DNA of 52,014 nucleotides from Minisyncoccota bacterium (GTDB lineage Bacteria; Patescibacteriota; Minisyncoccia; UBA6257; 2-01-FULL-56-20): NCBI GenBank assembly GCA_022843285.1, contig JALHNY010000006.1, positions 1 to 52,014 of the forward strand, read 5' to 3'. Shown piece by piece: positions 45,475 to 52,014 of this stretch (position 1 is its first letter; each line of letters starts with the position of its first letter). The notes under the pieces were generated by a model. It saw only the letters and a program-made list of their open reading frames with translations, ran no database searches and was not told where the DNA came from. The position numbers and the translations under genes were made by a program.

Positions 45475-45891
45475 TTACTTGGACTTGGGCTTCTTGGCGC
45501 CGTACTTGGAGCGCTGCTGCTTGCGGTCGGTGACGCCGGCGGTGTCGAGAATGCCGCGCACGATGTGGTAGCGGACACCCGGAAGGTCCTTCACGCGGCC
45601 GCCGCGGATCATGACGATGGAGTGCTCCTGCAGGTTGTGCTTCTCACCCGGGATGTACGCCGTGACCTCGGTGCTGTTTGAGAGGCGGACGCGGGCGACC
45701 TTGCGGAGCGCGGAGTTCGGCTTCTTCGGGGTCTGGGTGAAGACCTTCACGCAGACGCCACGTTTGAACGGCGAGACCGAGTACACCGGCTTGTTGTGGA
45801 TGGTGTTGAAGTAGAAGCCCAGTGCAGGTGACTTGGACTTCTTCTTCGAGGTCTGGCGACCCTTCTTGATGAGTTGGTTGAGCGTTGGCAT
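45475..45891 (-). CDS. rpsL: 30S ribosomal protein uS12
   Basis: [23 protein letters not shown]; start moved to MPTLNQL. Confidence 0.99.
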   Translation of the reverse strand: MPTLNQLIKKGRQTSKKKSKSPALGFYFNTIHNKPVYSVSPFKRGVCVKVFTQTPKKPNSALRKVARVRLSNSTEVTAYIPGEKHNLQEHSIVMIRGGRVKDLPGVRYHIVRGILDTAGVTDRKQQRSKYGAKKPKSK

Positions 45892-45910
45892 GAGCCTTAT
45901 TAGCCCGCGC

Positions 45911-45940
45911 ATTCTAGGCGAGATATCCCCGCAGAGTCAA
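45911..45940 (-). promoter_or_regulatory. str operon promoter, TTGACT-N18-TAGAAT
   Basis: Near-consensus hexamers ending about 20 nt upstream of rpsL. Confidence 0.75.
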
Positions 45941-45946
45941 CACGTA

Positions 45947-46594
45947 CTAGGACCAGACGCCCAGGAAGACCCGGACCGCCTCCGGTGAGGCCACCGCCGC
46001 CACCAGGGCGTACGCGGCAGCCGCGATCAGCCCCGCAGCCAGGTACACCACCGCGAACGCGAAGATCAGGGCTCCCGGACCCAGCGTATCCAGGCGGTTC
46101 GAGACGTTCGGGGCGAACAGGCTGATGAGCTTGGCCCCATCGAACGGGGGCACCGGAATCAGGTTCAGAATGCCCAGGAAAGCGTTCACGAGGGCCACGA
46201 ACGTGAGCCCGGCCACCAGCTGCGCGTCCCCTCCCGGGAGCATGAAGCGCGCGGCGAGCGCGAAGAGCACCACCAGCAAGACGTTGGTTGCCGGACCTGC
46301 GAGAGCCACCTTCAGGGGCCCGTGGCGCAGGTCTTTCGTGAGCCTTGCCGGGTTGTACGGCACCGGTTTTGCCCACGCGAAACCCGGCAATCCGGCAAAG
46401 TAGCAGATGACCGGGACGAGGACCGAGCCGATCGGGTCAAGGTGCGGGATGGGGTTGAGCGTGAGGCGCCCCGCGTGCTCGGCGGTGGGGTCCCCGAGGG
46501 AGCGCGCGACGAAGCCGTGGGCGAGCTCGTGGAGCACGACGGAGAAGATCACCACGATGATCGAGAACAGGAAGAGGCCAACCTCGAACGTCAT
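45947..46594 (-). CDS. Site-2 protease family (M50) membrane metalloprotease
   Basis: HELAHG, LAGPATN and NLIPVPPFDG motifs. Confidence 0.93.
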   Translation of the reverse strand: MTFEVGLFLFSIIVVIFSVVLHELAHGFVARSLGDPTAEHAGRLTLNPIPHLDPIGSVLVPVICYFAGLPGFAWAKPVPYNPARLTKDLRHGPLKVALAGPATNVLLVVLFALAARFMLPGGDAQLVAGLTFVALVNAFLGILNLIPVPPFDGAKLISLFAPNVSNRLDTLGPGALIFAFAVVYLAAGLIAAAAYALVAAVASPEAVRVFLGVWS

Positions 46595-46644
46595 GCCACC
46601 CAGTATATCTCCTCACCGCGCTGCGGGGTACACTTTGGCTGCCC

Positions 46645-46716
46645 GCCCCTGTGGTGAAACGGATATCACAGCGGTCTTCGGAACCGTCGTTGGGGGTTCG
46701 AATCCCTCCGGGGGCA
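46645..46716 (+). tRNA. tRNA-Arg(TCG)
   Basis: Acceptor GCCCCTG/CGGGGGC; anticodon arm GCGGT-CTTCGGA-ACCGT; GGTTCGAATCC; CCA not encoded. Confidence 0.93.
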
Positions 46717-46799
46717 CAGCACACTGGAGGCTTTGCCCGCTCGGGGGTAAAATACCAGCAGGTACACAAAACCTAATACTGAACGTTGGAGGTGGGTTT

Positions 46800-47513
46800 A
46801 TGCCCATTGGTAACTACGGCTTTGACTACGGGACGGTCGCATCGATCCACCCGCACTCGATAGCCATTGCACTTGATACGGAGAAGAAGACGGTCCAGAC
46901 ACAGGTGGCGCACTCGTACAACGACAGGCTCAAGCGTTTCCTGAGACCTGGCAGCGAGGTCATCTGCTCCTGGAGGCACCGAGATCACACGCGGCGGGAC
47001 GCCCCGACCATCATCCACCCGATGGCGGTCGAGGGGGTCAACCAGTGGCGGCGCCCCAGCAGCTACCGGAGCCTGTACTCGCACTCCAGGGGCACGTCCC
47101 CGGGAATCAACGCGGAGTACTGGTTCAAGGACATGCTCCTCGCCGCTGGGGTCCGCGCGGACCACTCGACCGGATTCGCGGACGAGCACCTGGGGGTCGA
47201 CCTCTGGGTCTTCCTCCTCTACATGGGAACCTGGCGCTGGATTCCGGTGGACGTGACGTTTGAGAAGCTCAAAAAGCTCAACGGCACGCCGACCAGCAAG
47301 TTCAGCACGGCAATTGCCCGCGGGGTGTTCCCTCTGAGGCTGACGCCGAGCTACCCGCCCAGGAACCCGAAGGAGGCACTCTCGATGCTCGTGATGCAAA
47401 TCCAGACTGTGCAGCACCTCTTCTCCGGTAACAAAAAGCACCCGGTGCACCGCCAGAAGGCTCACATCAGGGAACTCCAGGAGTACCCGATTGGAACCCG
47501 AAAGGCTGCGTAA
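46800..47513 (+). CDS. Hypothetical 237-aa protein, possible PD-(D/E)xK-like nuclease fold
   Basis: GGAGGT 6 nt before the ATG at 46800; AEYWFKDML..DEHLGVDLWV..IPVDVT. Confidence 0.6.
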   Translation: MPIGNYGFDYGTVASIHPHSIAIALDTEKKTVQTQVAHSYNDRLKRFLRPGSEVICSWRHRDHTRRDAPTIIHPMAVEGVNQWRRPSSYRSLYSHSRGTSPGINAEYWFKDMLLAAGVRADHSTGFADEHLGVDLWVFLLYMGTWRWIPVDVTFEKLKKLNGTPTSKFSTAIARGVFPLRLTPSYPPRNPKEALSMLVMQIQTVQHLFSGNKKHPVHRQKAHIRELQEYPIGTRKAA

Positions 47514-47537
47514 CCGGAACGCAAGGATTTCCCCCTG

Positions 47538-47567
47538 TTGTCAAAGGCAGGGGGATTCTCATACAAT
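47538..47567 (+). promoter_or_regulatory. tRNA-Lys promoter, TTGTCA-N18-TACAAT
   Basis: The -10 ends 8 nt before the tRNA; the -35 sits in the loop of an 8-bp inverted repeat (TCCCCCTG/CAGGGGGA). Confidence 0.7.
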
Positions 47568-47575
47568 TTCCCCAC

Positions 47576-47648
47576 GCCTCTATAGCTCAGCTGGTAGAGC
47601 AGCTCCCTCTTAAGGAGACGGTCCTAGGTTCGATCCCTAGTGGAGGCA
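47576..47648 (+). tRNA. tRNA-Lys(CTT)
   Basis: Acceptor GCCTCTA/TGGAGGC; loop CTCTTAA; GGTTCGATCC; CCA not encoded. Confidence 0.95.
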
Positions 47649-47694
47649 CAGCTTCTGTAAAATCCCCACCCCGGCGGTGGTATCCTTGGCTCGT

Positions 47695-49830
47695 ATGCCA
47701 GTGGTATCTCTCCTAGACACCCCCCTGCACTCCCTGCGGGGCATCGGCCCGCGCATGCTCAAGCCCCTCGAGCGGCTGGGGCTCAAGACCGTCCGGGACC
47801 TCCTCTGGCACTTCCCCACCCGGTACGACGACTACGTGGACATCGTGCCAATCGCGGAGCTCTCCGGGGGCACCCAGGCCACGGTTGCCGCGCGGGTCGA
47901 GAAGATTGAGGCGCGCCGATCCTTCCGGAACCGGAAGCTGACCGTCACGGAGGCCGTGCTGCGCGACGAGACCGGCACCGTCACGGCGACGTGGTTCAAC
48001 CAGTCCTACGTCGCCAAGCAGCTCGCCCCGGGGACCGCGGGCTTCTTTGCCGGCAAGGTCAGCGAGCGCGGCGGCACCCTCTCCCTCTCCAACCCGGTCT
48101 TCGAGCGCGCGCGTGAGGGCGGAGACCAGCGCCACACCGGGCGCCTCGTGCCGGTGTACCCCGAGACGCGCGGCATCACCTCGCGCGGGATCCGGTACGT
48201 CGTCATGCCCATTCTCCAGGAGCTCGGGTCCCTCCCAGATCCCTTCGAGGAGGTCATGGCGGGCATGGGGTACCCGTCCCGCCTCGATGCGCTCCGGTCC
48301 GTGCACTTCCCCGACACGCGCGAGGAGGCTGCGCGGGCCCTGGAGCGCTTCACCTGCGAAGATCTCTTCCTGCTCCAACTCTCGGGCGCCCTCACCAGGG
48401 CCGAGCTCATCCAGGCGAGCTCTCCCGCGCTGGGAGTGCCGGTCGAGGAGCTCAGGAGCATGGTCTCGAGCCTCCCCTTCACCCTGACCGGGACCCAGAA
48501 GAAGTCCCTGTGGGAGGTCATCCAGGATATCGGGAAGCCCCACCCCATGAACCGCCTGCTCCAGGGGGACGTGGGCTCCGGCAAGACGGTGGTGGCGGTG
48601 CTCGCCGCGCACGTCGCAGCCCGCTCGGGTCACCAGTCCGCCATCATGGCACCGACGGACGTCCTCGCGCGCCAGCACTTCGAGACCTTCGTGAAGTCGC
48701 TCTCGTGGCTGGACGGCACGGGAGCGCTGCCCACCGCCTGCATCATCTCCGGCAACCACGGCGAGCTGGTGTACCCCGAGGGCCTGCGCAGCACGGTGAA
48801 GCCAGCCAAGGTGCGCGAGCTCATAGCGGCCGGCAAGGTCGACGTCGCGATCGGCACGCACGCCCTGATTTCCGGCGGCACGGAGTTCGCGAAGCTCGGC
48901 TTCGTCGCGATCGACGAGCAGCACCGGTTCGGCGTGGAGCAGCGCAAGGCGCTCGCCGGGGGCCGCAAGACCGTCCCGCACTTCCTGAGCATGACCGCCA
49001 CCCCCATCCCGCGCACGATCATGCTCACGGCGTTCGGGGACCTCTCCACCTCGCTCATCACCGAGGTGCCGTCCGGGAGGAAGCCCGTGCGGACGGCGGT
49101 CGTGGAGCCATCCGGGCGGGACGGCATGTACCGGGACATCGAGGCGGAGCTGGCCGCCGGGCGCCAGGCGTTCTTCGTCTGCCCGCTCATCGAGCACGCG
49201 GAGTTCGACGCGACCCTGTCCCCCGCCGCGCAGGCGAAGCGCGAGGCGCTCCTCGAGGCAAAGTCCGTGGCCCAGGCTGCCGAGCACGTGCGCGATGCGC
49301 TGCCCCGCCGCCACGTCGCGATGCTGCACGGGAAGATGAAGGCTGCCGAGAAGGCCGAGGTCATGGATGACTTCAAGGCCGGCAACGTGGACGTGCTCGT
49401 CTCCACGACGGTCATCGAGGTGGGCGTGGACGTGCCCAACGCGAGTGTCATGGCGGTCGAGAGCGCGGACCGCTTCGGCCTCGCGCAGCTCCACCAGCTC
49501 CGGGGCCGCATCGGGCGCGGCGAGCACGGCGGCACCTGCTACCTCATCGCCGAATCGGACGCCAGGGCCGCCCGGGAGCGCCTCCTGCTGCTCACCAAGG
49601 TCACGGACGGGTTCACACTCGCCGAGCACGACCTGCGCCTGCGCGGCCCGGGGCAGCTCCTCGGCGCCAGCCAGAGCGGCATCCCCGACCTCGCCATGCA
49701 GCACCTCGGGAACGCGGAGCTGGTCAAGAAAACCCGCGAGGCGGTCTCGCAGGCCCTCGCTGCCGGGGACATCACCAAGGGCATCCTCCTGGAGCTCAAG
49801 CGGATGCGGGAGGCGCTGCACCGCGAGTAA
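47695..49830 (+). CDS. recG: ATP-dependent DNA helicase RecG
   Basis: RLLQGDVGSGKT, DEQHRFG, MTATPIPRT, QLHQLRGRIGRG; start moved to MPVVS. Confidence 0.98.
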   Translation: MPVVSLLDTPLHSLRGIGPRMLKPLERLGLKTVRDLLWHFPTRYDDYVDIVPIAELSGGTQATVAARVEKIEARRSFRNRKLTVTEAVLRDETGTVTATWFNQSYVAKQLAPGTAGFFAGKVSERGGTLSLSNPVFERAREGGDQRHTGRLVPVYPETRGITSRGIRYVVMPILQELGSLPDPFEEVMAGMGYPSRLDALRSVHFPDTREEAARALERFTCEDLFLLQLSGALTRAELIQASSPALGVPVEELRSMVSSLPFTLTGTQKKSLWEVIQDIGKPHPMNRLLQGDVGSGKTVVAVLAAHVAARSGHQSAIMAPTDVLARQHFETFVKSLSWLDGTGALPTACIISGNHGELVYPEGLRSTVKPAKVRELIAAGKVDVAIGTHALISGGTEFAKLGFVAIDEQHRFGVEQRKALAGGRKTVPHFLSMTATPIPRTIMLTAFGDLSTSLITEVPSGRKPVRTAVVEPSGRDGMYRDIEAELAAGRQAFFVCPLIEHAEFDATLSPAAQAKREALLEAKSVAQAAEHVRDALPRRHVAMLHGKMKAAEKAEVMDDFKAGNVDVLVSTTVIEVGVDVPNASVMAVESADRFGLAQLHQLRGRIGRGEHGGTCYLIAESDARAARERLLLLTKVTDGFTLAEHDLRLRGPGQLLGASQSGIPDLAMQHLGNAELVKKTREAVSQALAAGDITKGILLELKRMREALHRE

Positions 49831-50404
49831 AAGAAAAAGCCGGCTGCGAAGCAGCGCGACTTTTTTCTTTTCGGCTTACCTCCCGTTCTTCGCGCGCGGT
49901 GCGCTCGAGCTGGGTGAGGTAGCCGTCCAAACCAGAGACGTTGAACTTCTCGATGAGCGACCGGAGGGTCGCCACCTCGACCTCGTAGGCTTTGGACTCG
50001 TCGTCCTCGCCCAGGAGGTGCTCAATCTCGTGGTTGATCATTGCCGCCAGTGCGTACACCTGCGGCGTGTCGGATTCTGCCGCCAGCAGATCACGGATGA
50101 ACCGTGAGTCCACGTAGACGAAGACACCCGCTCGGTTCTCTGGAACGAACATCGCCGACCGCTTCAGGCTTTTGACCTGGTCCCCGGTCAGCTTGTTCCT
50201 CTTTGCGAACTCCGCAATGTCCCCATCCGTCACGAAGAGAATCTGGCTCTTCATGAGCGTGGCGACCCGCTCCTGCGGGAGCATCCGCGCTGCGCGGTTC
50301 AGAGAGGCAGAGAGTTTCTGCGTCTCTTTTTCCGTCAGCGGTTTCGCAACCGCAGTTGCCGTGACGAGTAGCGCGAAGAGCGCCACAAGCACCATTCTTC
50401 TCAT
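49796..50404 (-). CDS. Exported protein with HExxH zinc-metallopeptidase motif; C-terminus possibly frameshift-extended
   Basis: Signal peptide; NHEIEHLLGEDDESKAYE; GGGAGG SD; the frame reads through the terminator and overlaps the recG end. Confidence 0.7.
   Translation of the reverse strand: MRRMVLVALFALLVTATAVAKPLTEKETQKLSASLNRAARMLPQERVATLMKSQILFVTDGDIAEFAKRNKLTGDQVKSLKRSAMFVPENRAGVFVYVDSRFIRDLLAAESDTPQVYALAAMINHEIEHLLGEDDESKAYEVEVATLRSLIEKFNVSGLDGYLTQLERTAREEREVSRKEKSRAASQPAFSFTRGAAPPASA
49829..49870. terminator. Bidirectional terminator-like element
   Basis: AAAGAAAAAG..GCTGC-GAA-GCAGC..CTTTTTTCTTT. Confidence 0.65.
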
Positions 50405-50451
50405 AACTTTCTGCCTCCCTGTAAAAGAAATAGGTATTTCTAACTAGCCGA

Positions 50452-50479
50452 ATTATACCAAATTTCCCGTTTTTCGCAA
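50452..50479 (-). promoter_or_regulatory. Promoter TTGCGA-N16-TATAAT (TGG before -10)
   Basis: Begins 5 nt after the upstream stop codon. Confidence 0.75.
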
Positions 50480-50484
50480 CCAGC

Positions 50485-51828
50485 CTAGCGGCAGGCCTGC
50501 GTCTGCGCAGCTCCGCTGGGGAGGCAAATTTCTCCAGTGTCGATGCAAGTTCCCGATCCGGGGGCGTAGGGCACGAGCTCTCCGGTGCCACCACAGCTGG
50601 GTGCTCCGGTATCCGTCCACCCACCCGATAGCTGCACGCAGCCCAGCTCTTTTCCTCCACCTCCCTCGGCTGCGCAGCTCGCGGTGCCAGAGACGCCGTA
50701 GTCCTCGTAATCCTCGAGGCTGTTGCAGTCGTAATCGAAGCTGCTATCGCCACGGTGGGCGGTGAAGTAGCCCGTCTGCCCGGGCCTCGCATTCGCGTTG
50801 CTGTCGTAGCAGTCGTTGCCGATGGAGGTGCTGCACGTCACGCCCACCGGGCACGAGGTAGCCGAGGAAACCGAGAAGTACCCATCGCTGTCGGCATCCG
50901 GCCAGAAGTTGGTCGCGCAGCTGACGTTCAGTGACGCGTTGGCATCGTTGCAGTCTACCGTGGTCTGCAAGAGGTAGCGGCGCCTCCCGTTGGCCGGCGC
51001 GCTGCTCTGCAGGTACATCTGCATGCTCGCCGGGTAGTTGTCGGCATCCTGGTCAATCATGTAGATGTTCGTCTTGATCAGCTGGCAGCTCGCGCACAGA
51101 GCCATGCTTCCGCTCCCCGAGAGGGCGAAGGAGCTGCCGCTGTTGAACGCGAAGTTCGCGTCGAGCGTCAGCGAGCTGGACAGCGTCAGATTGCCGTTAT
51201 CCACGCCGTCCGGCGCTGAGATTGTGCAGGGTGAGCTGATCGTGTGGCTGCCGCCCATCGGAATGCCGCAGGCGTCCGTCCAGTTGAGCGTCACGGAGGA
51301 CCGGTCCTCGCCCGCCTCCGCACCGATGAGCATCTCGTACGTCGTGTCGTGCACGTCGTGCACCGTCCACGACCCCCGGTACAGGGCGCGCGTCACGTTC
51401 TCCTGCGCGTTTGCCACCGCCGTGCCGGACTGCTCCGCGCGGTCCAGGAGGGCGAACCTCTCCGCGTGGCTGTCGTCCGCGGCGACGTCGCGGACGTAAA
51501 TCAGCGGCAGGTCGAACACCTTGCTGTCCGTCGTGATCCGCGCGTAGACCCGGTCCACCTCCTGACGCGACTCCACGGTCACCTCAATGGTCTGGATCTG
51601 GCCCACGTGGGTGTCCACCGGGTCGATGCGCGCCTCGGTGAGCCGCGGCCAGACGTCCGCAGCCTGGGCAATGGAGTAGATGCGCTGGCCCACGGGTAGC
51701 CGGGCGTTCTTACCCGCCTCCGGGGACCCACCCGGCGCGCCGCTGAACTGGAAAACGATGGGCACTGCGACGACAACTGCGAGCGTCACGGCTGCGGCGA
51801 CGTGCAGGAGGGAGCGGAACTTTTTCAT
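50485..51828 (-). CDS. Membrane-anchored Cys-rich exported protein with Dx[DN]xDG / MopE-like metal-binding repeats
   Basis: N-terminal TM; DQDADNY, DCNDANA, DADSDGY, DCYDSNANARPG and FDYDCN; start moved to MKKFR. Confidence 0.8.
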   Translation of the reverse strand: MKKFRSLLHVAAAVTLAVVVAVPIVFQFSGAPGGSPEAGKNARLPVGQRIYSIAQAADVWPRLTEARIDPVDTHVGQIQTIEVTVESRQEVDRVYARITTDSKVFDLPLIYVRDVAADDSHAERFALLDRAEQSGTAVANAQENVTRALYRGSWTVHDVHDTTYEMLIGAEAGEDRSSVTLNWTDACGIPMGGSHTISSPCTISAPDGVDNGNLTLSSSLTLDANFAFNSGSSFALSGSGSMALCASCQLIKTNIYMIDQDADNYPASMQMYLQSSAPANGRRRYLLQTTVDCNDANASLNVSCATNFWPDADSDGYFSVSSATSCPVGVTCSTSIGNDCYDSNANARPGQTGYFTAHRGDSSFDYDCNSLEDYEDYGVSGTASCAAEGGGGKELGCVQLSGGWTDTGAPSCGGTGELVPYAPGSGTCIDTGEICLPSGAAQTQACR

Positions 51829-51858
51829 GGGACAATTGTACCATTTCTGGCTACGCAG

Positions 51859-51889
51859 AAAGCGGGGGCGGACCTTCGTCCGCCCCCGC
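51859..51889 (-). terminator. Intrinsic terminator for the right-edge gene
   Basis: Perfect 12-bp stem GCGGGGGCGGAC-GAAG-GTCCGCCCCCGC then TTT. Confidence 0.75.
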
Positions 51890-51907
51890 CCCCGTAGCGC
51901 TCCTACC

Positions 51908-52014
51908 CTACTTCTCCTCGATGGTGAAGCTCGTCGCCGGATCGTCCGTGGTGTTGCCCCACTTGTCCGCATCGAACCTCGGCGCCGTGAAGCGGTAGCT
52001 GACGCGCACCTCAT
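51908..52014 (-). CDS. C-terminal fragment of a gene starting outside the window (...EVRVSYRFTAPRFDADKWGNTTDDPATSFTIEEK*)
   Basis: Open frame with G/C-ending codons, TAG at 51908, followed by a terminator. Confidence 0.65.
   Translation of the reverse strand, partial: EVRVSYRFTAPRFDADKWGNTTDDPATSFTIEEK

Noticed and set aside
45475-45891. Streptomycin-resistance alleles in rpsL
   Set aside because: PKKPNS and RVKDLPG retain the wild-type lysines.
46407-46799. N-terminal 131 aa of the 368-aa ORF 46407-47513
   Set aside because: It runs across the M50 gene and tRNA-Arg; the SD-supported ATG is at 46800.
16669-47694. Integrated prophage or genomic island at any of the six tRNAs
   Set aside because: No integrase or transposase, and no duplicated tRNA 3' end (attR) that I could see; only single-gene inserts.
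1-52014. Alternative genetic code (TGA=Gly or Trp) as in Gracilibacteria/Absconditabacteria
   Set aside because: Core genes are full length under code 11, and TGA acts as a stop in ATGA/GTGA couplings and at secY, rsmH and rplJ.

Overview
Core-genome window from a high-GC bacterium using genetic code 11, most likely Patescibacteria/CPR (Parcubacteria-like). The lineage call is an inference from the missing uL30 between rpsE and rplO, the short L3, the extended L22, the minimal dcw block and CPR-type surface proteins. Almost everything is on the minus strand. In order of position the window holds: an exported-protein cluster (1277-aa tandem-duplicated surface protein, Pro/Glu-rich protein, zincin, DUF192); a lower-GC Zn-phospholipase C/P1-like + lamin-tail + FN3 gene with an unannotated coupled 47-aa ORF; mraZ-rsmH-ftsL-ftsI-murF-like; a class A beta-lactamase-like gene; an orphan hicB; rplJL with an L10 leader; SDR, dsbB, a thioredoxin-like gene and an SRPBCC gene; tRNA-Trp, rpmG and two tRNA-Thr flanking a LAGLIDADG-like gene; dnaE; class I LysRS; greA; a GT2; the spc and S10 operons (split after rpsJ); the str operon; an M50 protease; tRNA-Arg, a nuclease-like ORF and tRNA-Lys; recG; and two exported proteins. 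I found no CRISPR array, integrase, transposase, rRNA or intein. The most interesting signals are: (i) three coexisting expression architectures, namely -10 boxes 5-9 nt before start codons (leaderless-like), SD-less A/C-rich starts in ribosomal operons, and moron-like accessory cassettes sharing a TTGCNR-N16-TATAA promoter + GGAGG + terminator; (ii) two nuclease-like genes each wedged between tRNA genes; (iii) five tRNA genes all ending N73-C-A instead of CCA; (iv) a secreted PLC/P1-like multidomain enzyme. All motif assignments were made by eye without database searches. Many starts were moved from the ORF-track positions to more plausible codons.
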